From NCBI GenBank assembly GCA_905612315.1, contig CAJQSL010000020.1:2341-66340 (forward strand): 64,000 nt of DNA, given 5' to 3'. The notes beneath the pieces are model-generated. The model was not told the DNA's origin and made no database searches. It saw only the letters and a list, made by a program, of their open reading frames with translations. Below, piece by piece: positions 52,489 to 61,498 of the stretch. The position numbers and the translations under genes were made by a program. The stretch comes from an uncultured Francisellaceae bacterium (GTDB lineage Bacteria > Pseudomonadota > Gammaproteobacteria > Francisellales > CACEW01). The first letter of the stretch is position 1; every line of letters starts with the position of its first letter.

Positions 52489-53780
52489 TAAGGCGTCTAC
52501 TTAATTCAGATATGTTTAAAAATAGGCATTATATTCAAGGCCTTGCATTTCAAAAAGGTATGCCTTTTGTTATTATCCCGTTAATTATTTGGGCATTTGG
52601 AATTAATCATTATACTGAATATGTTTTAATTTATTCAGTTGTGCAGATAGCGGCTTTATTCCAGTCCTTGGGTTCGCACGCATCCTTTATCGTTTTTTGG
52701 TACCATGAAGAAGATAAGCAAAAGTATCTAGCGCAACAGATTTATTTGCTTGTTGCATTGAGTTTGATTATAAGCGTGCCTGTTGCTTTTATTATTTATA
52801 TGGCTAGTTTTTTTATGGCCAATATTCATTTTGGAATAGAATCTGTTCTCACAATATTGACGTATTCGTTTTGTTATAATTTATCTATGCTAGGTGTTTC
52901 ATTAATGCGTTCTCAGCTACAATCTAGGGCTTATTTTTGGATAACTTTATTGGCTGGGATTTTGTTAATCTCTCTTTTGTTTTTATCGAGATTTTTATCA
53001 GACAGGCTTGCTTTAAGTTTTTATTCTAGTTTGAATTGCCTTATTTATATTAATATATTGGTTTTGTTAATACAGGCATTGTTATTTATTTATGTTTCAA
53101 AAGAGAAGTTTTCTATCTCTTTGTTTTCACTCTCGTATTTTAATTCACTAGATTTATCAAGGTTTTCTAAACAAATCTTGCCCTATTGTATACCGGTTAT
53201 GCTATATACGTTGCTAACTTTATCAGTTTTTACTATAGATAAAATTATTATCAGATTTTTTTATTCACAGAGTATTTATAATCAATATATATTGGATTAT
53301 CAATTCGCTTTTGTCGTTAATATTTTTTCTATTATTATAGGGATGTATAATTTGCCTATATTTTGTCAGTTAATCAAAGCTTGTGATATGTTAGGTTTAA
53401 AGAAAAATATATTATCTAATTATGCTCTAGCCATTTTTGGATCTATTTTTATTTCTATAGGGATTTATATTTATGCTTTTTTAGTTAATATTGATCTTAG
53501 TTATGGCTATTGGGTTTTGTCTGGAGCATTTCTTGTTACAAATATATTTTCAATTAATGTAAGTTTGATGGAGGCATTCAGGAAGGCTAATAAATTAGCT
53601 TTTTTAACTTTGATACCAACTATTGGCTTTTTTGTATGCTTTGTTTTTTTTGCCAAGCTTAACAGAATAGAAGTTAACTATTTTTTATTTATGGTTTATT
53701 ATGTTATTCTGTCGGCTCTATCGTGGGCATATTTATCTAAATATAACCTTTTTAGAATATTAACAATTATAAAAAACTAA
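52485..53780 (+). CDS. wzx: Wzx-type oligosaccharide flippase (MOP superfamily)
   Basis: 431 aa, about 12 TMs. N-terminal pattern typical of polysaccharide biosynthesis protein flippases. Confidence 0.65.
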   Translation: MIRRLLNSDMFKNRHYIQGLAFQKGMPFVIIPLIIWAFGINHYTEYVLIYSVVQIAALFQSLGSHASFIVFWYHEEDKQKYLAQQIYLLVALSLIISVPVAFIIYMASFFMANIHFGIESVLTILTYSFCYNLSMLGVSLMRSQLQSRAYFWITLLAGILLISLLFLSRFLSDRLALSFYSSLNCLIYINILVLLIQALLFIYVSKEKFSISLFSLSYFNSLDLSRFSKQILPYCIPVMLYTLLTLSVFTIDKIIIRFFYSQSIYNQYILDYQFAFVVNIFSIIIGMYNLPIFCQLIKACDMLGLKKNILSNYALAIFGSIFISIGIYIYAFLVNIDLSYGYWVLSGAFLVTNIFSINVSLMEAFRKANKLAFLTLIPTIGFFVCFVFFAKLNRIEVNYFLFMVYYVILSALSWAYLSKYNLFRILTIIKN

Positions 53781-53930
53781 TTAAATGAAAAAGAAAAAAA
53801 TAGCAATAGTGTATGACTGCCCATATCCATTTTATCATGGAGGTGGGGAGAAGAGGCTCTACGAGGTAGCCAAAAGGTTAGCAGCTTCCAATTGGGAAGT
53901 TCACTGGTATGCCCTAAAGTTTTGGTCAGG
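53555..53930. repeat. Direct repeat copy 1 (376 bp) spanning the wzx 3' end and GT4 5' end
   Basis: Aligned by eye to 61122..61498, with 5 substitutions and one 1-nt indel. Confidence 0.95.
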
Positions 53931-53934
53931 CTGA
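53785..53934 (+). pseudogene. Truncated 5' fragment (49 codons) of the GT4 glycosyltransferase gene
   Basis: MKKKKIAIVYDCPYPFYHGGGEKRLYEVAKRLAASNWEVHWYALKFW equals the N-terminus of the intact gene at 61353. Homology stops at 53930, then a stop codon follows. Confidence 0.9.
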
Positions 53935-54088
53935 TATAAATGCCGCATGTAATATTAAGCAATGTTTAGATGACAAAGAAATAACTCGTTATATGTCTTA
54001 TTTTAAGGTTAAACAAATATTGCTTGATAGGCTTCATGCTTCGGAGGAGTTACTTGTTTTAAATAGGGGCCGCCCCTCCAAGACTCTA
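53930..54088 (+). mobile_element. Remnant of the 3' end of an IS200/IS605-type tnpB (RuvC-III motif only)
   Basis: The frame starting at the junction reads ADINAACNIKQ..., resembling the conserved D-x-NAA-x-NI motif near the TnpB/Cas12 C-terminus, with a stop about 50 codons later. A GGGGCCGCCCC palindrome lies at 54065-54075. Only a short motif is left, so this is weak. Confidence 0.4.
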
Positions 54089-54337
54089 GTTACGTGCCAG
54101 TAATGGATATTAACAGAGAGCGGAATTACTTAAAAATAATGATGTTATAAGATGGTATGTGATTTTTTTGAACGGTTTATCAATATAAGTGGGACACAAC
54201 CAGGAGAGGAAAATGACACCAGTATCTAAACTTTATTTTGTTAGTTGTTTGGTTTTTAATAAAATTTGACGGTGGTTTTTTGTTGGGTGTTAAATAATTA
54301 CGTTAATTTTAATGTTGTGATTGCAGAGGAGAAAAAT

Positions 54338-55540
54338 ATGTTTGAGATTAATACTTGTGAAGTTTGTGAAAATAAAAAATTAGATAGTGTTTTTAATTTG
54401 GGCAAGTTGCCCCTTAATGAATGTCTGGTTCCGATTGGTACAAATCATATTTGTGAGAAGTATCCTATCGAGATTTTATTTTGTAAAACATGCAAGACTG
54501 CTCACCAGAAGTATCAAGTACCTAAACAGGATTTATTTCAGAAAAGTTATAAGTACAGAGCAAGAATGACAGGTAGTGTGCTAAAAGGAATGTCAAATTT
54601 AGTTGAATCGTGTGAACATCGCTATGGAAACTTGAGTGATAAGCTTGTATTGGATATAGGGTGTAATGATGGTAGTTTATTGAACTTTTTTGAGAAAAAA
54701 GGGTGTAGGACAATTGGGGTTGAGCCTACAGACGCTGCACTTGATTCTAAACATAAAATTATTAATTCTTATTTCGATGACAGCTCTACATCTTTAATTT
54801 TAGAAAAAGTTGGGCAACCAGACATTATAACGTTTACTAATGTATTTGCTCACATTGAAGACCTGAACGAGATGCTGATTAATTTAAAAAGATTGATTGG
54901 GCCAAATACAAAACTAGTAATAGAAAATCATTATTTGGGAGCCGTGTTGGAAAGCGGGCAATTTGATACATTTTATCATGAGCACCCTAGAACATACTCT
55001 AAAGAAAGTTTTGAAGTCATTGCATCAAAACTTGGTTTGTATCTTACAGATTTTGAGTTTGTTAGTAGATACGGTGGTAATATTCGTGTATTTATTAGTT
55101 CAGAAAAGTCAATAAATAAGAAGAGTATTGATGAAAGTAATTTTTATGAACAATTTAAGATGATGTCCGCCGATATCAATGAATGGAAAAAAGAAACGCG
55201 ACAGTTCTTTTTAAATATGGTTGCAATTAATGGTAAATTAAGAGCTAAAGCATTCCCTGGTAGGGCAGCTATTCTAATAAACATTTTGGGGCTAAATGAA
55301 AAACATATATCTGCAGTATATGAAATTAAAGGTTCAATTAAGGTTGGATATTATGTTCCAGGCACTAGAATTCCCATTTTACCTGAAGCAGATTTATATG
55401 CTGAGGAAAACTTATCTAAACCAATCTTGAATTTGGCATGGCATTTGCCTACTGAGGTGCGCGCTAATCTAGCAAAAAATGGTTATACCGGTGAGATTAT
55501 AGATATAAAAACAGCTAATTTTTCTGAGGAGGAGTGTTGA
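54338..55540 (+). CDS. SAM-dependent sugar C-methyltransferase-like protein (Zn-ribbon N-terminus, TylCIII-type architecture)
   Basis: ATG at 54338 preceded by AGAGGAG. N-terminal CEVCENKKL...CKTCKTAHQ zinc-ribbon, then methyltransferase motif I VLDIGCNDGSLL and a C-terminal domain. The track start at 54266 was rejected. Confidence 0.6.
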   Translation: MFEINTCEVCENKKLDSVFNLGKLPLNECLVPIGTNHICEKYPIEILFCKTCKTAHQKYQVPKQDLFQKSYKYRARMTGSVLKGMSNLVESCEHRYGNLSDKLVLDIGCNDGSLLNFFEKKGCRTIGVEPTDAALDSKHKIINSYFDDSSTSLILEKVGQPDIITFTNVFAHIEDLNEMLINLKRLIGPNTKLVIENHYLGAVLESGQFDTFYHEHPRTYSKESFEVIASKLGLYLTDFEFVSRYGGNIRVFISSEKSINKKSIDESNFYEQFKMMSADINEWKKETRQFFLNMVAINGKLRAKAFPGRAAILINILGLNEKHISAVYEIKGSIKVGYYVPGTRIPILPEADLYAEENLSKPILNLAWHLPTEVRANLAKNGYTGEIIDIKTANFSEEEC

Positions 55541-55643
55541 GTGAATTATTTTTATTTGTTGGTTTTTCAGATGATTATTATGATGAGAAAGATTATATAA
55601 GGGATTATGGTGAGTTTATTAAAATAAGGAGAGATAAATAATT

Positions 55644-56228
55644 ATGCAGCAATCAAAAAATTTATACCTCAGGTTAGTTAAGGAATCTGATGCTAACTTT
55701 ATATTGTCATTAAGGTTAAATAAGAACCTTAATTCTTATTTAACCCCGGTTAATGATAATGTGGATGAGCAAATTAAGTGGATTAAAAAATACAAATTAA
55801 AAGAGTTAGAGGGTTTAGAATATTATTTTATTATTATGGACAAAACCCTAGGTGCGATTGGTTTAGTAAGAATTTATGATATAGATTACGCTCAAAAGGC
55901 TTTTACCTGGGGAAGTTGGGTTTTAAAAGAAGATAGACCGAAATATGCGGCCATAGAGAGTGCCATGCTTTCTTATGAGTTTGCTTTTAATGAACTGGGT
56001 TTATTCATAGCCAATTTTAATGTTATGAAGGAAAACGGTAGGGCAATAAATTTCTATAAACATTTTGGTGCTAATTATTTGTTCTCAGATGATATTAATC
56101 ATTATTTTGAGTTGACAAAAAAAACATACCTTTCATTGAAGTATAACAAATACTATAAGTTTTTATTAAATTGTATTGACAACAATCAGAATAATGCATT
56201 GGAGGTTTTAAAAGAGTATTATGATTAA
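55644..56228 (+). CDS. GNAT-family N-acetyltransferase
   Basis: 194 aa. Starts [20 protein letters not shown], with a GNAT core. Immediately upstream of a DegT aminotransferase (overlapping by 8 nt). Confidence 0.6.
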   Translation: MQQSKNLYLRLVKESDANFILSLRLNKNLNSYLTPVNDNVDEQIKWIKKYKLKELEGLEYYFIIMDKTLGAIGLVRIYDIDYAQKAFTWGSWVLKEDRPKYAAIESAMLSYEFAFNELGLFIANFNVMKENGRAINFYKHFGANYLFSDDINHYFELTKKTYLSLKYNKYYKFLLNCIDNNQNNALEVLKEYYD

Positions 56229-57327
56229 ATTTCTAGATTTAAGCAAATCTTACATAGAGTTACAGTCTCAATTTGATGATGCTTATCGAAGGGTGATGAA
56301 TTCAGGTTGGTACCTCTTGGGCGATGAGTTGAAGTGTTTTGAAAGTGAGTTTGCGACGTATTGCGGAACAGATTATTGTGTGGGTGTTGGAAATGGTCTT
56401 GAATCTTTAGAATTGCTGTTGAGAGCTTATAATATCGGAGAAGGTGACGAAGTCATTGTTCCCTCAAATACTTATATTGCGACTTGGTTAGCAGTTAGTG
56501 CTGTTGGGGCAACGGTAGTGCCTGTGGAGCCTGATATGCGAACTTATAATATAAACCCAAACTTGATTGAGGCTGCCATTACAAATAAGACCAAAGCTAT
56601 TATACCTGTCCATTTATACGGACAGTCTTGTGATATGGATCCTATTATGAATATTGCAAAGAAGTACAGTTTAGTAGTTATTGAAGATGCCGCACAAGCG
56701 CATGGAGCTCTTTATAAAAATCGCAAGGTTGGTTCTTTAGGACATTCTGCTGGCTTTAGCTTTTACCCTGGAAAAAATCTTGGTGCATTTGGTGATGCTG
56801 GTGGCATTACAACTAATGATAAGAATATCGCGGATAGAGTACGTGCTCTAAGAAACTATGGATCTGAAAAAAAGTATTATAATCAGGAAAAAGGCATGAA
56901 TTCGAGGTTGGATGAATTGCAAGCATCTTTTTTAAGAGTGAAATTATCTATGCTTGATGTATGGAATCAACGTCGTCAAGAAATAGCTAATCAATATATA
57001 AAGAGCTTATCTGGCGTCTCAGGTATTATTCTTCCCACAGTATTAGAAAGGGCTGCTCCAGTTTGGCATTTGTTTGTGATTCGAACATTTTCTCGTGGCA
57101 GGCTACAAGATTATTTAAAAAATAGCGGTATTCAGACCTTAATTCATTACCCAATACCGCCACATAAGCAGCAAGCTTATAGTGAAATGCACCATTTAAC
57201 TTATCTTAAGTCCGAAGAGCTCCATCAATCTATCCTTAGTTTGCCTATGGGGCCCCATTTGTGTGAAACAGACATAGGTAAGGTTACAGATGTTATCTTG
57301 GAGGCGGAAACTTTACAATACCTATAA
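56221..57327 (+). CDS. DegT/DnrJ/EryC1-family NDP-4-keto(or 3-keto)-6-deoxyhexose aminotransferase
   Basis: 368 aa. Contains [42 protein letters not shown] and [15 protein letters not shown] (PLP lysine). Confidence 0.8.
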   Translation: MIKFLDLSKSYIELQSQFDDAYRRVMNSGWYLLGDELKCFESEFATYCGTDYCVGVGNGLESLELLLRAYNIGEGDEVIVPSNTYIATWLAVSAVGATVVPVEPDMRTYNINPNLIEAAITNKTKAIIPVHLYGQSCDMDPIMNIAKKYSLVVIEDAAQAHGALYKNRKVGSLGHSAGFSFYPGKNLGAFGDAGGITTNDKNIADRVRALRNYGSEKKYYNQEKGMNSRLDELQASFLRVKLSMLDVWNQRRQEIANQYIKSLSGVSGIILPTVLERAAPVWHLFVIRTFSRGRLQDYLKNSGIQTLIHYPIPPHKQQAYSEMHHLTYLKSEELHQSILSLPMGPHLCETDIGKVTDVILEAETLQYL

Positions 57328-57448
57328 GGAAAACAAGGTCGTTTTTCTAAAGTTTTTCAAAAGTCATGTTAACTTTTTAGTTTTGATTAATTAATCTAGA
57401 TGACATATGATCGTTATATTAAAAAAACCCCACTTTTGGCGCTATATT

Positions 57449-58378
57449 ATGAAAAAAATATCAGTAATAACTCCAGTATATTTTAATTCGGAGTCTTTAT
57501 TATTGCATATTGAAGCTATTAAGGAGCAAAGGGATATATTATTGCGTGATTTAAATGTCGAACTTGAATTAATTTATGTAAACGATGGATCGGGTGATGA
57601 TTCTCTTAAAATACTAAGGGTAATTAAAGAAAAGTATCCAGCTTGGGTGATGGTGGTTAGCTTTACACGTAACTTTGGTTCATTGCGAGCAATTAAGGCT
57701 GGGTTTAGTTATGCTTCGGGTGATTGTGTCACCTGTTTAAGTGCTGATCTACAAGATCCTGCATGCTTATTGCCTAAAATGGTTAAATTGTGGCTTCAGG
57801 GGAGTAATTACGTGATTTGCGAGAGGCAAGGTAGAAATGATCCTCTAATTAGCAAGTTTTTTTCAAAGTTGTTTTATTTTTTAACACGTCGAATGATTCT
57901 TTCGTCATATCCTAAAGGTGGTTTCGATGTTTTTCTTCTTGGGAAGAAATATTTACATTACATAACAAATTCTGGGAGAAACTTTAATATAATTTTATTG
58001 AGTTACTGGTTAGGGATAAAGCCCAAAAAAATTAATTATACTCGATTAGAAAGAAAACATGGAAAATCTAGATGGACTTTTCGTAAGAAAATTAGGTTAA
58101 TGATAGATGCATTTTTAGGATTTTCAACTGTTCCAATTAGAGCAGCTTCTTTATTGGGAATTATAACTTCAGTTGGAAGTTTTTTTTATGGTTTTTATTC
58201 ATTTATTGTGACTTTAATAAAGGGAGTTTCTGTTCCAGGATATGCTAGCACGATTTGTTTGATGAGTTTTTTACTTGGCTTGGTTATTTTTATGTTGGGT
58301 ATAATTGGTGAATATTTGGCTCGAATTTATGATGAGGTAGGTAATAAGCCTGATTATATAGTTGAGGATGTATTTTGA
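57449..58378 (+). CDS. GT2-family polyprenyl-phosphate glycosyltransferase (GtrB/ArnC-like, two C-terminal TMs)
   Basis: The ATG at 57449 gives MKKISVITPVYFNSESL. Also has VNDGSGDDS and LSADLQDP (DxD-type), plus two C-terminal TM helices as in GtrB/ArnC. Confidence 0.75.
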   Translation: MKKISVITPVYFNSESLLLHIEAIKEQRDILLRDLNVELELIYVNDGSGDDSLKILRVIKEKYPAWVMVVSFTRNFGSLRAIKAGFSYASGDCVTCLSADLQDPACLLPKMVKLWLQGSNYVICERQGRNDPLISKFFSKLFYFLTRRMILSSYPKGGFDVFLLGKKYLHYITNSGRNFNIILLSYWLGIKPKKINYTRLERKHGKSRWTFRKKIRLMIDAFLGFSTVPIRAASLLGIITSVGSFFYGFYSFIVTLIKGVSVPGYASTICLMSFLLGLVIFMLGIIGEYLARIYDEVGNKPDYIVEDVF

Positions 58379-58770
58379 TGGGACTAAACAAGCAGTTTAT
58401 TTTGTTTTTTATTGCGGGTATTATTAATACGCTGACAACTTATCTAGTTTATATCTTTCTTTTAAGCATTATTCCATACACTTATGCTTACAGTATAACA
58501 TTTGGATTTGGCATAATTATTTCTTATTGTTTGCAGGTGATTTTTGTTTTTAAGGTTGAGTTTTCTTTTTTCAAAATGTTATCATTTCCTTTAGTTTACG
58601 TTCCCCAGTATTTTTTGGGGTTGGGTGTTTTATACATTTGTGTAAAGGTTTATTTATTTGAGCCTTGGATTTCAGGTGTTATAGTTATTATTGTAACTCT
58701 TCCTATAACTTTTATTTTGAGTCGTTTTGTCTTGAGTAACAAAGGCTTTAGAGGCAGGTCTAGATGTTGA
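58375..58770 (+). CDS. GtrA-family membrane protein
   Basis: 131 aa with four TMs. Overlaps the GT2 stop by 4 nt. Confidence 0.7.
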   Translation: MMGLNKQFILFFIAGIINTLTTYLVYIFLLSIIPYTYAYSITFGFGIIISYCLQVIFVFKVEFSFFKMLSFPLVYVPQYFLGLGVLYICVKVYLFEPWISGVIVIIVTLPITFILSRFVLSNKGFRGRSRC

Positions 58771-58794
58771 TTTTGATATGGTGGGTATACGTTA

Positions 58795-59346
58795 GTGGTT
58801 AGGAAAATAGGTGGGGTTTTGATATTACTCGTGCTCATTATTATTGCAATTATTAATTTTGTGGCGGATTTTAGCTTGCTCAACGGAGAGCGTAAAGCAT
58901 TACTAATTGATAGTTCAACCGTGAAAAATCATATTTGCCAGCCTACAAGTGTGGAAGTGATTTGTATTCGCAGGCGTTTCTTGGATAATTTATTCAAACT
59001 TGCTAAACAACCGTTATCTGTAAAGAAGCATTCATTTATCTTTATTCCTGGTAGTGCCGGTGCCTTTTGGCAGTTTGCAGGTAAAGATAACTGTCGAGCA
59101 GCTGGTAATGTTGTTCCTGCTGTCACCGGTATCGCGATGATTTATGGACTTCCATCCTACCGCGTCTGCCCTTATTCATCATTATATGTGGACTATTTTA
59201 CGAAAGACGTTAGTGATTTTAGAAAGAAACTATTTGATTATCAAAATAGACGTAGTGTTTGTAAAAAAGCTTTGCAATATGGTGTGCAAAAAGTTTTTGC
59301 ATTTACAGATTTGGGGAGGTACAAGGTATGGCAGTGCAAGAAATAG
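58795..59346 (+). CDS. Hypothetical membrane-anchored, Cys-containing exported protein
   Basis: 183 aa. GTG start, N-terminal TM (GGVLILLVLIIIAIINFV), and a soluble part with 8 Cys. I recognised no family. Confidence 0.35.
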   Translation: MVRKIGGVLILLVLIIIAIINFVADFSLLNGERKALLIDSSTVKNHICQPTSVEVICIRRRFLDNLFKLAKQPLSVKKHSFIFIPGSAGAFWQFAGKDNCRAAGNVVPAVTGIAMIYGLPSYRVCPYSSLYVDYFTKDVSDFRKKLFDYQNRRSVCKKALQYGVQKVFAFTDLGRYKVWQCKK

Positions 59347-60878
59347 ACCGTATTATATGGAGCGATTGTGCCGTTGGTTTGTTCAGTTGGCTATTAAGTG
59401 TTGGATTTAGCGTTATTTATATCATTTTTTTTCAAATCGACTTTTACTTGTTCACACAGGTGGCTTTTGGGTTGAGCTTATCTGCATTAGTTTTGGTTCT
59501 ACCAAGCTTGCTTTCAATTTTGCTTAGCTTCAAGCTGGGGTCGAGTTTTTTGTTAATATGTGATCATTTGATTTCTTTGTTTTTTTTGCTATTTCTGGCC
59601 ATGATAGGTTTTTATTTGCCAGAAATTGCAGGGCATGTAGTGGTAGGTGTTGTTTGTTTGTTTTCTCTTTTAAGCATATTTTATGCTTTCTTTTTGTATT
59701 TAAAGTATCCTAAAGTTATAGCTAGTGTATTATTGATATTATTTATAGTTGTTCTAGTTATTGTTATACCGCGGGCGGCTATTATTTCGACATCATCGTT
59801 TCCTAATGCTGTAGATGGTTTGTTTTCTCAACGAGGGGTTACCAACGATTATTTTTTTTACAGTGGTATTTTATCTATGCTAAAAACGCATGGTATTGTT
59901 TCTGATGGATTACTGGGCCTACAGACGATGAAAATTTATTGGGGGAGCGAATGGGTTAGCGCTGGTTTTTCTAACTGGCTGCATTTAAACAGTATGAATG
60001 CTATTGTTTGGAGTTTCACCGTTTTATTTATTCCTTTCTTTATTAAACAGGCACTTTTGCTTGGTCTGAGAATAAATCAGTATGTTAAAAAAGATGGTGT
60101 ACAACAACTGGGTTATACCAGCTTATTGGTTTTGGTATTATTACTAACTTTGTTGCTCTCTAATTATTCAATAAGAGCGGGAGTTTGGCAGTCAATTGTC
60201 TCTCAAGCAACCTTTACACTATCAACAGGTATTGTTTTGGTTTTTGTGGGTGTTTTGTTTTACTTAATGGATGAGAGTGCCGTTTTAGAGACTCAGTCTA
60301 GAGCAGTTCGTTTAGGCATTATCGTTTTAGTACTACCGTTGTTGATGTTGTTAATTGGTTGGACAAAAACCAGTAACTTATTGATTGTAGGTTTATTGTA
60401 CGGATTTATTTGGCTACGTTTTGGACTGTTTCGTTGCCGGGAGTATAACTTATCATTATTTTTGTCGGTTATGGTGACTTTGCTAGTCAATTATCAGTTT
60501 AAACCAACATTATATGGTGCTGCAGGTATGCAAATAGATTGGTTTAACTTTTTTAAGCAGTATGTTCCAAATATACCCCTTTATTTATTAAGTAACTTTG
60601 CATTGCTGTGGCTTTATTTATGGCTCAGAATTTTAGGTGCAGGTTCTAAGTTATTGTCTTTTAAGAGTTGGCGCCAGGGTCTGTTTTTTGATTTGGAGCT
60701 TTGCTTTGTTTTGGCTTTTGTGTGTGTTTTTTTGACTAGCTTGTGGAAAATTGGTGGAGGTTCAGCGGGATATTTTATTGAGGTCTTTCGGGTGTCAACT
60801 TTATTTTTTTCTTTGTTTGCTGTTTATCAATTGTTATATTCAAATTATGACTCATTTATTGGTAATAGGCATCAATAA
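59328..60878 (+). CDS. Polytopic membrane protein, candidate GT-C/GtrC-type transferase of the second three-component module
   Basis: 516 aa and more than 12 TMs. Position after GT2 + GtrA. No motif-level confirmation. Confidence 0.4.
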   Translation: MAVQEIDRIIWSDCAVGLFSWLLSVGFSVIYIIFFQIDFYLFTQVAFGLSLSALVLVLPSLLSILLSFKLGSSFLLICDHLISLFFLLFLAMIGFYLPEIAGHVVVGVVCLFSLLSIFYAFFLYLKYPKVIASVLLILFIVVLVIVIPRAAIISTSSFPNAVDGLFSQRGVTNDYFFYSGILSMLKTHGIVSDGLLGLQTMKIYWGSEWVSAGFSNWLHLNSMNAIVWSFTVLFIPFFIKQALLLGLRINQYVKKDGVQQLGYTSLLVLVLLLTLLLSNYSIRAGVWQSIVSQATFTLSTGIVLVFVGVLFYLMDESAVLETQSRAVRLGIIVLVLPLLMLLIGWTKTSNLLIVGLLYGFIWLRFGLFRCREYNLSLFLSVMVTLLVNYQFKPTLYGAAGMQIDWFNFFKQYVPNIPLYLLSNFALLWLYLWLRILGAGSKLLSFKSWRQGLFFDLELCFVLAFVCVFLTSLWKIGGGSAGYFIEVFRVSTLFFSLFAVYQLLYSNYDSFIGNRHQ

Positions 60879-60921
60879 GTAAAAAATGCGTCTTATACAT
60901 TACGACGTGAGCTCTATATAA

Positions 60922-61116
60922 CTAGCCCATAATTTTTGCTATTTGTTTAGCATTAAAATTTAATGATGGTTTCTTGTTTTTTAGTGAATATGCTACCAAT
61001 CCTGAAACTAAATTAACCATAAAATTTATAACATTTCTAAGTCTAGAGTGTTCTTTTGGAAAATGTGTTTTTGCTAAGATAAGAATCATCCTGTAGAGAA
61101 TGATTTTATATCTGAT
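60922..61116 (-). mobile_element. C-terminal remnant of an IS982-like (IS4/IS5-superfamily DDE) transposase
   Basis: The minus-strand frame reads ...AKTHFPKEHSRLRNVINFMVNLVSGLVAYSLKNKKPSLNF.... This resembles the conserved EHSRHRS-x-NF-x-NL-xx-GL-x-AY...KKPSL transposase C-terminus, recalled from memory. No N-terminal part is present. Confidence 0.5.
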
Positions 61117-61121
61117 TCAGG

Positions 61122-61348
61122 TAATGTTAAGTTTGATGGAGGCATTCAGAAAGGCTAATAAATTAGCTTTTTTAACTTTGATACCAACTATTGGCTTTTT
61201 TGTATGCTTTGTTTTTTTTGCCAAGCTTAACAGAATAGAAGTTAACTATTTTTTATTTATGGTTTATTATGTTATTCTGTCGGCTCTATCGTGGGCATAT
61301 TTATCTAAATATAACCTTTTTAGAATATTAACAATTATAAAAAACTAA
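61122..61348 (+). pseudogene. Orphan 3' fragment of wzx (last ~75 codons)
   Basis: SLMEAFRKANKLAFLTLIPTIGFFVCFVFFAKLNRIEVNYFLFMVYYVILSALSWAYLSKYNLFRILTIIKN is identical to the C-terminus of the intact wzx at 52485..53780. Confidence 0.9.
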
Positions 61349-61498
61349 TTAAATGAAAAAGAAAAAAATAGCAATAGTGTATGACTGCCCATATCCATTT
61401 TATCATGGAGGTGGGGAGAAGAGACTCTACGAGGTAGCCAAAAGGTTAGCAGCTTCCAATTGGGAAGTTCACTGGTATGCATTAAAGTTTTGGCCAGG
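61122..61498. repeat. Direct repeat copy 2 (377 bp)
   Basis: See 53555..53930. Confidence 0.95.

Noticed and set aside
54195-54262. An 18-codon mini-ORF (MTPVSKLYFVSCLVFNKI) with an AGGAGAGG upstream, as a leader peptide
   Set aside because: It is too short and there is no supporting attenuator structure or conservation information. It lies in IS-scar DNA.
54266-54337. Long N-terminal extensions from the ORF-track starts at 54266, 57407 and 62516
   Set aside because: The internal ATGs at 54338, 57449 and 62531 are each preceded by purine-rich RBS-like sequences and begin exactly where family-typical N-termini start (Zn-ribbon, MKKISVITPVY, cupin). The upstream codons are non-ATG or lack an RBS.
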